A program made the position numbers and the translations under genes. The notes under the pieces are model-generated. The model was not told where the DNA came from. It saw only the letters and a program-made list of their open reading frames with translations, and made no database searches. From contig MRSU01006708.1 in NCBI GenBank assembly GCA_008369845.1, positions 1 to 32,283 of the forward strand: a stretch of DNA of 32,283 nucleotides, written 5' to 3'. Origin of the DNA: Trichomonas gallinae (Eukaryota). Below, one piece after another: positions 1-10,900 of this stretch (position 1 is the first letter of the stretch; each line of letters begins with the position of its first letter).

Positions 1-1241
1 TAATCAGATGGACATAAAAATGATACTTAATAAATTTGAGATCTCAAATCCCATCACAAAGTCAGAAAGCGAGTTGAAACGTATCGATCAAAATCGAAAA
101 TATTGATGAAAATCGAAATCATATCGGAATTTCGATTCTATATCTGCATATTAGTCGATATCTAGTGAAATAATTAAAGAAATCCCTGCAACCCAATTAA
201 TCGAACTCGAAAAATAAAATATTGCATATATTAGATGGTTATTCATATTTAAAAAATAAAATTTATTAAATTGAATTGCTAGAACATTAAAAACTCAAAT
301 CTTTAAAAATATGACATAATTATATACATGCAGCTTGTTTTAACCGGAATCTTATAATTTCGCTGTGTCTTTATTTTCAATCTAACGAATGACCATTTTT
401 CAAGACACTATTCAAAACATAGAAAAATCGTTGCACATTGTAAAAAATATTAGTCATTCTATTATCTATAATATGTACTAAAATAATGGTTAATATTCAA
501 AAATTCATCGAAATAATAGTATATAAATTGTATATAATATGTTAATCTCATTTTTGACTCATTTCAATCAAGAATCAAATAATTATTATTCAATTTTTTC
601 ATAAATTCATTTTTGTAAGACCCAACATGTAATAATAATGATATATGACATTTTATTAAAATTGCTATGCAAAGTAAATCTTCTCACAAAAATATAAAAT
701 ATATCAAATTATTTCACAAAAGCAATAACATGTGTTTATTCATATCGCTCACTCACTATGATCGAATTATGTAATTTCAATAACTTTGCCTGTAATCATC
801 ATTACTCCTGTCTAATGATATTATAATGGATTTATCACTTTATATTTTCAATATCATTTCAATTTTTCAATACTAAATTCTTTGTTATATATGCATATAA
901 ACCGATCTTATTTATAATTTACGATATTTATTCAGGTCAAAATAGAGCTTTCAATTTTTGATAGCTATCGATTTCGATAGTATACATTCTTCAATCTATC
1001 TATGTATATTTTACCAATTTACTTTCAATTTAAAAAGTTCTCAAAACTATCACTTATTCGTTTAATATCGTAATTTCATATATCTACCCAATTCCGGTTC
1101 TCATGACTTTTCAATTGAAATTTTAAAATTTTATTTTTCTTAACATATATTTATAGAATTAGATTATTCTCTTTTTTATTGATATTTTATAATTTTTTTT
1201 TTAGATTTAGTTTCTGTAACGGATCATTTGGATTACATATT

Positions 1242-2336
1242 ATGGAGTCTGAATTACAAATAAATCAGTCTCCTAATACAGTAGCGGTCTCTTTTGTTAA
1301 TGGTGAACACATACAGCATGGTTCGCCCAACGAAAAAGCTACAAATCAATCACCACAGACATCTCGTAACAAGCAAAAAGCATTTAGATCAACATCGAAG
1401 ATACTTAAACGCAAACAAAAGGCATCTAGGCTCGATCGATCCATTCTCAAACTTAACATTGAAGAACGCTACCCATCAGATCAATCAGACTCGACGATAT
1501 CATCAGAAACTGACGACGAACTGATTATAAATTCGATGATGAGTGCGCTCAAAAACAGAAGCAATAAAAATAGAACAAGGGTCAATACCCGCGCGAATAC
1601 AAGTCTCGCAATTCCAAAGATAGAGAGCATTTTCCCAGCTAAAGAGCCCTCTGTCCCGCCAATAAAGGTGCCCGCTCGCACCCGAACAAGAAAGGCAAGT
1701 TTAATTGATATTGTTGTCAAGACTGTAGAACACGAGGAAATCAAGCAAAAAATTGACCAACTTGTCACCCCGCCCAAACCATTTACATATAACGAATACG
1801 TCTTTACGTCAGAACACAACATACTCGGTTTCTCGCATGCTGCGTACAAAATTAAACAAGGAGAATACACATTATTCTGTGCGAAGCAAAAGGAAAGAAA
1901 TTTGGAGGTAAACTCTCCGATATTTATCAGCAACGGAACAAAATCTAAACAATCTAACAATAATAAGCACGTCGGTATTTTCATGGCATTCAATAAAATA
2001 ACAGAATTTACTTTGGCTGATATTCACGACAACGTGCAATATTCGTCGGAGCAGATTAAAGCCAACGTTGATCATAAAAATCAAGTCTCGTTATCGCTGA
2101 AACTTCACACGCCCAGAGATAAACTGGAAATACAAGGAGATTACTGCTCTCTTGGAACATCCGAATCAGGAAAATCAATCAAATTCTTAGAAAAATCTAC
2201 GAATCAGGAATATATTACTTTAACTAATATTACAGATTCGACATGGAAAATCAAGGCTGTTAGCGAGATAGATCCGAAACAGCTACTTTCACTTGCGATT
2301 GTTATTGATCACTTTTCCAGGACTGCGAAAAAGTAA
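1242..2336 (+). CDS. Hypothetical protein with a basic low-complexity N-half and a probable Tubby-C/LURP-like C-terminal domain
   Basis: The ORF track starts at a TTG. The first ATG (1242) lies just after Inr TCATTT (1224-1229). The C-terminal pattern YKIK..LFCAK...IFIS...HVG...FTL...WKIKA..IDPKQLLSLAI resembles the Tubby/scramblase barrel plus final helix (by eye). Confidence 0.6.
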   Translation: MESELQINQSPNTVAVSFVNGEHIQHGSPNEKATNQSPQTSRNKQKAFRSTSKILKRKQKASRLDRSILKLNIEERYPSDQSDSTISSETDDELIINSMMSALKNRSNKNRTRVNTRANTSLAIPKIESIFPAKEPSVPPIKVPARTRTRKASLIDIVVKTVEHEEIKQKIDQLVTPPKPFTYNEYVFTSEHNILGFSHAAYKIKQGEYTLFCAKQKERNLEVNSPIFISNGTKSKQSNNNKHVGIFMAFNKITEFTLADIHDNVQYSSEQIKANVDHKNQVSLSLKLHTPRDKLEIQGDYCSLGTSESGKSIKFLEKSTNQEYITLTNITDSTWKIKAVSEIDPKQLLSLAIVIDHFSRTAKK

Positions 2337-3345
2337 TTTTTGGTTACTTTTCTTTTTTATATTAATCATTGTATTTTGTTGTTGTTTTGTATGAATAAAT
2401 TTGTTTGATATATTAATTTTGTATCGTGATTGTATATATTCAAATCCAAAATAATTTTCTTTCCTTAATAAGGCATATCTCAGGTACAAAGCAGAAGCCC
2501 TTTAGAATGGCTTTTGACATATGAACACAAAACAGCAAAATCAAAACTCATAATAATAAAGAACTTAATAAAATTCATTGTATAAGCTTTGTTAAGATAT
2601 CTATACTATATTTTCTTGTATATATGAATGAATATCATGTTATGTTGGTTAAATATTCATTTCAATATCAAACAGTGAATTTAAAACTCGATATGTGATT
2701 AATATATTGATAGATTTAGAATCTAATACATTTTAATATATAGAATCTATGTTAACGAAACTGAACTGAAGAAAGAGTTTGAAGATATAAATTTCCATGT
2801 TTTTTTAGAGTGTATCGATTAATAGCTGAGGTCATCGTAAACATGTTGATCATTTATAATAACAAACAATAGACAAATTTATTATTCATAACAAATATAT
2901 ATATAAAAAAACAAATATAAGATCAAATCTAAGTATACTTTCATTATACTTGAAGAAATATAGCTTGAAACGATTTAATATAGCGTAAAAATCTGAATGA
3001 ACGATATGATGTATAATATATCCGGAAGCGTGTGTATCTAATATTCTATCGATAAGAATAATCATTTGTAAGATATATTAAATGAAATTATAGAATTATT
3101 GCAATCAATAATGAATTGGTAAAATAGTATATTACGAATGGTTTTGTGTATCTGATAATGGTTAAGTATGAGGTTTTTGCGGTAAGATAATCGAAAATAT
3201 TGAAAATCGAGATAGAAAAATTTCGGTTGTAAAATTTCAATTTGATTGAGGAACTGTAAACTTATGTGTAATGCTGAATGAATCTTAGTGATGTAATGTG
3301 AATATTCTTAGGAAATCTAAAGGCGAATAAAAATTATTACAATGT

Positions 3346-3915
3346 CTAAGGCTCAGCTTCGCCTGAGCTTGCTGAGCGAATAGTTGTCATAGGTTCCATA
3401 TCATTACCTTGCTTCGAAAAGGCCAATGCTTGTGCAAAGAAGTAGAAATTAATGACTTCGAGCATGCAATTTATCAGGGATGCGATCGCCTTTGCGAACT
3501 GGTAAAAGTTCATTAAAACTATTGATGTAATTGTCCAGAATATTATTGATAAAAAGAAACCAAGCCAAAAAGTATTAGTTTGACATGGATTCTGTTCGAA
3601 TGGTTCTGGAAATACGTAATACTCGAAGAATTCATTTTTTTCGTTAGGAACGCAGAGAAAATACCAGCGAAGGCCAGCCAATCTCCATCCGCTGATAAAT
3701 TGCACTGCTAAGAAATGTATGATTCCTGCAGTAGATATTACTCCAATGATAACTGTTGAGTCGTCCGAAAATAAGACAATTGATGTAAATATAAGAATGA
3801 GAAGAAGTTTTATCAATATATAGAAAAGAACGTGTATAGATAAAACTGGTGTCTCCTCAGGAACCAAAATTTCTGCTCGGGCAGCTGAAAACTCGTTTTG
3901 TTCAGCCACCTTCAA
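3346..3915 (-). CDS. TVP23: TVP23/DUF846 Golgi membrane protein; start codon unresolved
   Basis: The signature SGWRLAGLRW (canonical SGRxLVGLRW), N..Q...FW and several hydrophobic helices are present. The frame is open to a TGA at 3933-3931, with no in-frame ATG upstream of the domain. Confidence 0.75.
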   Translation of the reverse strand: MKVAEQNEFSAARAEILVPEETPVLSIHVLFYILIKLLLILIFTSIVLFSDDSTVIIGVISTAGIIHFLAVQFISGWRLAGLRWYFLCVPNEKNEFFEYYVFPEPFEQNPCQTNTFWLGFFLSIIFWTITSIVLMNFYQFAKAIASLINCMLEVINFYFFAQALAFSKQGNDMEPMTTIRSASSGEAEP

Positions 3916-4513
3916 AATCTGTTTTACATGTCAAAAATCATTCAATAAATTGTATTACACGTCAAATTATTTGTTTTCTTGTCATATTTTTTTCACAAAA
4001 TTTCCAAATTGACCTATGATTTTTCTTTGCTAAATGATATCAGTGATTAATATTAATCAAATTTGTTGATTTAATTTGCGAAATAATCAATATTTTTTAT
4101 AGAATATTTTTCATTTATGGAAAATATTAAACAAAATTTTCTAAACAACTAAATTCATATTTAGACAAAAATTTGATTTTAATAATCTCATCTTCGATTG
4201 TGTGGAAATAATATACAATTTTGAGATCATTCGCAAAATTTTAAAAATCAATTGTTATATTTTGATTATAGAATGATAATTGTTAAAAATTCCAAGCAGC
4301 AGAATGCAGCAATAGGAGTGGTTATCAGATTTACAGTGTTCAAATTCTACAATTACAAATACATATTTAGTTTTGATGATTTTTTTAAACACAAGAATAA
4401 ATAATTTACAAAAAATTACATGTCAGATTTTATCCAAGAAGTTGAGTTTTCCAAGATTTTTAAGCTATTTATAACATGTTAAAGCTAGAAAGTGATGTTG
4501 AAGTCAAAAATAT

Positions 4514-5812
4514 ATGGTTTTTATCGTCCAAAAAATTGGAATGATTGATCATTTCGAAGCAACTCCACTTGCAGTCGATGGAATGATTCAATACAAGGCT
4601 ATCAGAAAGCCAGGAACAACAGCAAACCCGAATACAGACTTAATCGAACTTTTCAACATTCTTAAAAATCACACAGACCCAGAAATGAAGCAAATCAACA
4701 TCTCGAGATCGAAATTGAACGTCATCCGTGGCATTCACATTGCTCCATATCACAAAATTGCTTTCTGCCCGCAAGGAAAGATGTTCGATGTTTGCGTCGA
4801 CATGCGTCCAAACTCTCCAACATTCATGAAGTGGGCAGGATGCTGGCTTGACAAAGATACACATGTCATTGTTCCTCCATACTGTGCACACGGAGTTTTC
4901 TCGGCTGAAGAGGATTCAGTTCTTTGCTATTATCAGGGTGGCTGCTTCTTCCCACACCTTGACTTTGCTGTTAACCCAATGGACCCACAAATCGGCATCC
5001 AATGGCCAAAACCAATTAATTCGGAAAGCTATGTACTCTCAGAAAAGGATACAAAGTCTTCACCAGTTACACCAGAACTCGTCGAGACATTAAGGTACAG
5101 AATCGAGCATCCAATTGAAGATAGACTTACAAATACAAATTCTGATTTCGTTTTAATTTGCAATTCCTCGCATATTTCACTTCCAATCCTTTCCGTTTTC
5201 GAAAAACAGAACTTAAAGGGCCATCTTTTAACAATGCAGTCATTCAATCGCGAGACTTTGAACGCAAGAATTGTTTCTCTCAGACCAAAGTATTCAGTTA
5301 TTTACGTCGTTGACACTCGCAACAAGGACTCCGCTGATATCTTCACAGAAGTTATGAACGCTACATTCGTTTGCCACAACCTTGGATCACATATTACTTT
5401 TATTTTCGACTCTGAAGACTTCCCAGGTCACGAACTTATCCATGATACACTCTTGGGCGACTGCTCTGACTTCTGCCTTGTTATTACATGCAAGTCCCTC
5501 TTAACAAGATCAATGTCTAAGGAACAAATCGCAGAAATCCTTCAGCGCGACGAGCAAATCCTTTCCAAGATCTCAACATTCACTGATTTCGATAACATGG
5601 CAAACTGGATCATCGACCAGGCTAAGTTAAGAGCAAAGGGCTTCTACACAATCGCAAACAAGGGCAAGATCGATATCGAAAAAGTCAAGCAGTTCTGCAT
5701 CAGCGCTGGTGTCTCACTCAACGCTATCCAGGGTGAACCATTCAAGGGAGATGTCGATTCACAAGATGCTAATGAGGCTTTCTCAGCACTAATCAGCCGG
5801 TTCACAGAATAA
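4514..5812 (+). CDS. rmlC: NDP-4-keto-6-deoxyglucose 3,5-epimerase (RmlC cupin) fused to a degenerate UER1/RmlD-type reductase domain
   Basis: The N-terminal RmlC motifs SRSKLNVIRGIH, K, DVCVDMRPNSPTF, AHG, D..IGIQWP and LSEKD are present. The C-half follows the UER1 pattern (AK...KGFYTIANKG) but lacks GxxGxxG and YxxxK. The stop overlaps TAAA. Confidence 0.85.
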   Translation: MVFIVQKIGMIDHFEATPLAVDGMIQYKAIRKPGTTANPNTDLIELFNILKNHTDPEMKQINISRSKLNVIRGIHIAPYHKIAFCPQGKMFDVCVDMRPNSPTFMKWAGCWLDKDTHVIVPPYCAHGVFSAEEDSVLCYYQGGCFFPHLDFAVNPMDPQIGIQWPKPINSESYVLSEKDTKSSPVTPELVETLRYRIEHPIEDRLTNTNSDFVLICNSSHISLPILSVFEKQNLKGHLLTMQSFNRETLNARIVSLRPKYSVIYVVDTRNKDSADIFTEVMNATFVCHNLGSHITFIFDSEDFPGHELIHDTLLGDCSDFCLVITCKSLLTRSMSKEQIAEILQRDEQILSKISTFTDFDNMANWIIDQAKLRAKGFYTIANKGKIDIEKVKQFCISAGVSLNAIQGEPFKGDVDSQDANEAFSALISRFTE

Positions 5813-5925
5813 AAACTCGGAGTTGTTGAGTTTTCATTTATAAATGTCTAATTTTTACTTTCTCAGAAATCTTTTTTAAGACCAGAAATTACAATATTAA
5901 CAGTGTACTATAGTACTATATATAT

Positions 5926-6488
5926 TTCCTAAGCTCACAGACCTTCTATTATCTCATTAAAGAGTCACTGAGCTAGATCAGCAAGGTCCATACAGTGCAC
6001 ATCAAGACTGCGCGCGACGTTGTGAACATTACTGACCAGTATTCAATCTTCAAGGAGCCAGATACAACACTATTCAACGATGGAGTACAACTTCCTCGCT
6101 CATCATTGAAGTGCCTCGCGGAAACAGCTGGCACACTCACTCACGCTTACCAGAACCAGAACGACAAGCTCGTATTATCACCGCATTCATCGCTGAGAAT
6201 CGACATCACTCTGCCGAATCAGCAGTCTCAGATGCTCATGCATGTCAACTGCGGCAGACTTGACGCGAAGCTTCGTGCACACTGAAGGAACGCCTTTCTA
6301 CGTCCCAATATCAGATGATGACATAATCGCAGCGCGAAATGGAGAAGATCAAGATTCGATTCGTAATTCCGAAATTGAAATTAGAACAAGACGATTATCT
6401 CAATAACGCAATCGTAGTAACAAAATATCTTGAAAATAATGAACTTGAATCTGAATCTGTTGCTATTTTCCTTGTCAAGAAGCACTAA
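5926..6488 (+). pseudogene. 5'-truncated, frameshifted relic resembling the C-terminal Ubl region of a USP7-like deubiquitinase
   Basis: There is an in-frame TAG at 5974 and frameshifts at ~6270 and ~6335. The stitched peptide LRIDI..NQ...MLMHV...FVHTEGTPFYVPISDDD...EKIKIRFV resembles USP7 FRIEEIP.DQ...MLVTVAHF...FGIPFLLRI...EKFKFAIV. Codon usage looks genic and there is no start ATG. Confidence 0.55.
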
Positions 6489-6689
6489 TTTTTGATTGTT
6501 TTTTAAAATCTTAAGCAACAATTATAATTATTTTTTCCGATATGTATTTTGATATATGTTCTTTTCTGGAGTTGATGATTTTCATTTTTCACAAAACCAT
6601 AGATTTTTTTTAATTTCTCGTTCATTCACATCATTAATCGCCAAGATTTGTAATGTTTTGCGAGAGAATTTCAAATTAAGGAAATAATA

Positions 6690-7700
6690 GGATTTTGTAT
6701 AGAGATGATATTCTTGCTACAAAAGATTGGTGAAAATCAAGCTGATCTCATTATTGGAAAATTCATAGGATGTCCATTAAATCGACCATTTTTAGGTTTT
6801 TAATAGTAATGACAGTGGAACAATAATAGTAATGAATACAATCTATAATTTTCGCAAAAGTGACAAATTTTCTTAGGTTTACACGAAAATTGAGAGAATC
6901 CCTGGTCTCACTTTTTATCACTGGTTATTGCTCCACTGTGAGCCTGAAATCAACAAGCCATTGGCTGCAATGGTGATTACACATCTACTTATTAAAGTTT
7001 TATTTTGATAGCATCAATATTGGCAAAAATATCTGGGTGCAAAAATAATTAATGTACATCCTATATTCAATATAGATCAATTTTAGTGAAGAATATGGCG
7101 AGTCATTATTCATACAATTATCAATATGTTTGTGAAAAATATATTCAGGTGTTAAATTAATATTAATATTCAAACAGCTGATAACTCTCTATTCAAATAG
7201 CAGATAACACACAAGTAAAAGTTAATGCATAACCTCCAAATTTGGGAACAATATGCTGAGGTTGTAAAATAATATTGAATAGTTATAAGCATCTTTATTA
7301 AAGCAGTAAATAGCAAGCATGACCTATTTCGTCCTTTTGATCGATTATAGCAATGATGTTAAGCTCAAATGACAAAAATAACTATACACTCTAGAGATAA
7401 TCTAATGATGACAAACATTTTCTCTTAGTTCCTGGAATAGATGTTAGCGCATAAACTTGTGACAAACATTCAATGATCTTCATGAAGCAACATTAACCAT
7501 ATCTAAAAATCTCAATATTCATCGATAGCATTCAACAACTGACTGGGAAACAATTGTTTTAATTTGGTTTAATTGGCATAATGCTGTACTATGAGTCTCT
7601 CTCCCATTTATGCATCATTTGCATTCTTTAAAGAAAAATCTTCCAACGATATCCGTCTTATTTAGTGTTAACGTAAATTAACGCATCATTCAATGATATC
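6690..7700 (+). pseudogene. Possible heavily eroded ankyrin-repeat relic
   Basis: Ankyrin-like fragments are scattered across frames: ENQADL, LLLHCEPEINK..NGD, LGAKI, ININIQT.D, FLLVPGIDVSA, VNVN. There are many stops. Confidence 0.3.
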
Positions 7701-7958
7701 AGACAACAGGGATGGTAAAAATCAAATCAGATTGTGTCAGTGACATTATTATAGTTGGCAATTTTCCAAAAAAAGAGTCAAAAACAATATTGGTTTATGT
7801 GTAAAGAATTTGAATATGTTATAGAATTATAAACAACAAAAAAATTAATGGAATCATTCCCATAATTTTACCAATAGCAAATAAGTGATAAATATTTACA
7901 ACTATTCAATTATTTTCTTTACAACTATTGAAATGGTCAATTTTTGTCAATATTTTTG

Positions 7959-10900
7959 ATGACGGACATTGAGGAAAATTCGAATTTCCTTCATAGATTT
8001 TCAGAGACCCTTGCCGGTCTCGAAGAATCAAACATCGAAGAATCTAAGAAAATGATGGATGAATTCCTCAAGAAATTTCCAAAGTTTTCAAATTATTTGG
8101 AAAGGGTATTAATTAATAATGCCATTTTCAAACCCACAAAATTATACTCTTTCATGATGCTCTTTGACCACGTCCATCAACAAACAAACAGTAAATTAAC
8201 TTCATATGTGTTTAGAGAACTTAAAGTATTGGGAGATTATATTAAGAAAAAGTACAACTTAACTCTTTCAAATGAAAAAGGTGAGTTCAGAGAAATTGAT
8301 GATCTTCATGATTGGTTTGGAAAAGATTCACCATTAAATTTCATCCTTCATGATGACAAAGAAAGTTTGACAAAAGCAGTGAATTTATCGTACACCGACA
8401 GAATACAAGGTGCAGATATATTGAATTTATCTGCAGTTTTAGGTTCCGAGAATTGCTTTAGAACAATTTTAGCGGCAAAACAATCACGAACTGTTACTCA
8501 AATAGTTATGCAATATGCCTATCTTGGTGGAAACATTAATATTATTCAAATTTGTAGTCAAAATGATCTTCATGTTGACCAAATTTGCCTTAACAATGCA
8601 GTACTTGGCCATCATAATGAAATAGTTTTCAATATCATGGAAAATCACCCTGAATTGAAGCCATGCTGGAGAGATATCTCCCTTGTTATGAACACAGAAA
8701 TTTTTAAGCACATGGTTGATACATATGGAATAAGATTCAATGATCCTTTGGGTGGCAACATCCTCAACTCATGCTTTTACTTAAGTGCTTTCAATCTCCA
8801 TGATGTCGTACTAGCAGATAGTGAAATTAATATCAATAAAGCAAATAATACTGGGAACACACCATTACATTTTGCATGTCATGACGATGATGCTGATTTT
8901 CTTGAGAAGCTCATTAAAAAAGGTGCAAATATCAATGCTCAAGAAATTAATCATTACTCTCCTCTAATCATTGCAGTTGGCTTGAACTCAGTTAATTGCG
9001 CCAAAATACTAGTCGAAAACAAGTGTTATTTAGAATTCGTAGATGAAAATTATATGAATGCTCTCGCAATTGCGGTGAGATATAATGAAGTCGAAATAGT
9101 TCAGTGGATTTTATCGCATGATGGAAATCTCGCATTCAGAGATGGAAAGAATGGATGGACACTTGCTCATATTGCAGCACTCGGAAACTCACTCGATTCA
9201 TTAAAGTTTTTGCTCGCATATGGAGCAAAGGTAGATGAGATCGATGCAAAAAATGCAACACCATTATTTTATGCAGCGGTTTCCAACTACGCCGATATTA
9301 CAAATTTCCTGCTCGAAAATGGAGCAAATCCAAATCATTTAAATATATTTGGTGAGACACCATTGATGGCAGCAGTATTTAAAAATTCATATGAATCTGC
9401 GAAAGCCATTATTTCGAAGTGCAAAGATGCCATTTCAACCTGCTCAAGTCAAGGGCACACAGCACTCATGATAGCATGCTCATACGGAAGTTTCGAAACA
9501 GCAGAAGTCCTTCTTCAAGGTGGTTGTCAAGTTGATTTCAAAGACAACGAAGGCTGCACAGCTTTGATGCATGCGGCAAAATGTGATAAACCAGAAATAG
9601 CTAAACTTTTGCTCGACTACAAGGCAAATATCAACATGAGAGACAAATGTAACAAAACTGCTTTAATTTACTGCTCGCAATTTAAAGCGCATAAGATGGC
9701 ACACTTTTTGTTGGAGAATAATGCAGATATTAATGTTGTTGATCAATTGAATTGCAATGCTTTGATGTATGCATGCAGATTTGAGTCACTTGCAATCATT
9801 AAAATGCTTATTAATCGAAACGTCAATGTCAATCTGTCATCACGTGATGGATTCACTGCATTAATGTATGCAGCAGAATTCGGAACTCCAGAAATGGTTG
9901 AAGCTTTGTTAAATGCAAATGCTGCAATTAATGCACAAGATAACAATGGAATAACTGCACTGATTAAATCTATTCAAAACGGAAAATGCAGAATAACACA
10001 ACTGCTCGTAGATAGAGGGGCGGATATTAGAATCCAAGATAACATGGGACTAACTCCTCTTTTATACTGCGCTCAATGTGATAATGCCAAAGATTTTCAA
10101 TTGCTTTTATCTGCAGGCGCTGATATTAATCACGAAGACATCAACGGATTCTCCATTCTATCATACTGTGCTGTCCACAATTCAGTTGAAGTTGCAAAAC
10201 TCGTGTTGCAGCAAAACTTTAACATTAACCAAAGATCAAGACAAGGATGGACACCAATGTTCATGAGCGCGTCATGTGATCGTCCTCAAATGGCTGAGCT
10301 CCTCATGCAACATCATGCTGATATCAATATCCCAGATAATTCTGGGTGCACACCATTCGTCGTCGCGAAGATGAAGAATTCAAGTGTTGCTGGAATTATT
10401 TTGAAATCACTTCCTCCACAACAAGCTCAAGAATTAGACATGTATGCTTTCCAACGATATGTACAGCACCTATTTCCACAAGGATTCCCTAATCCAAGCA
10501 TGTTCCAACAAGGTTTTCCTAATCCAAACATGTTCCAACAAGGTTTTCCTAATCCAAACATGTTCCAACAAGGATTCCCTAATCCAAACATGTTCCAACA
10601 AGGATTCCCTAATCCAAACATGTTCCAACAAGGTTTTCCAAATCCTAATATTACACCACAAGATTTTCAAATGCAATTTCAAAATATGCAAATGATGTTT
10701 CCAGGTTTTCAGAATATGGCTCAACAATTCTTCCAGCAAATGTTCCCGAATCAACAACCAAACACTAACCAGCTTCAGCCAACAAACATGTCTAATGATA
10801 GAAGCATGAATAGCTTTGACAATCAACGCGATCGAAATATCAATGATTATGATAATCAGCGCAATAGAAACATGGATCGCTTTGACAATCAATATTCCAA

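Noticed and set aside
4044..4059. 16-bp palindrome TGATTAATATTAATCA
   Set aside because: Almost entirely A/T, so plausible by chance at this composition.
6880..6990. U4-, SRP- or H/ACA-like RNA (GCCAATG...AGGC; CAGG-N10-AGCA; hairpin + ACA)
   Set aside because: It lacks U6 complementarity, k-turn GA pairs, a GNRA loop and a proper pseudouridylation pocket; a decayed ankyrin reading explains it as well.
7203..7215. GATAACACACAAG, resembling the trichomonad intron 3' motif ACTAACACACAG
   Set aside because: The branch motif mismatches and there are no flanking exons. I found no canonical intron motif in the window.
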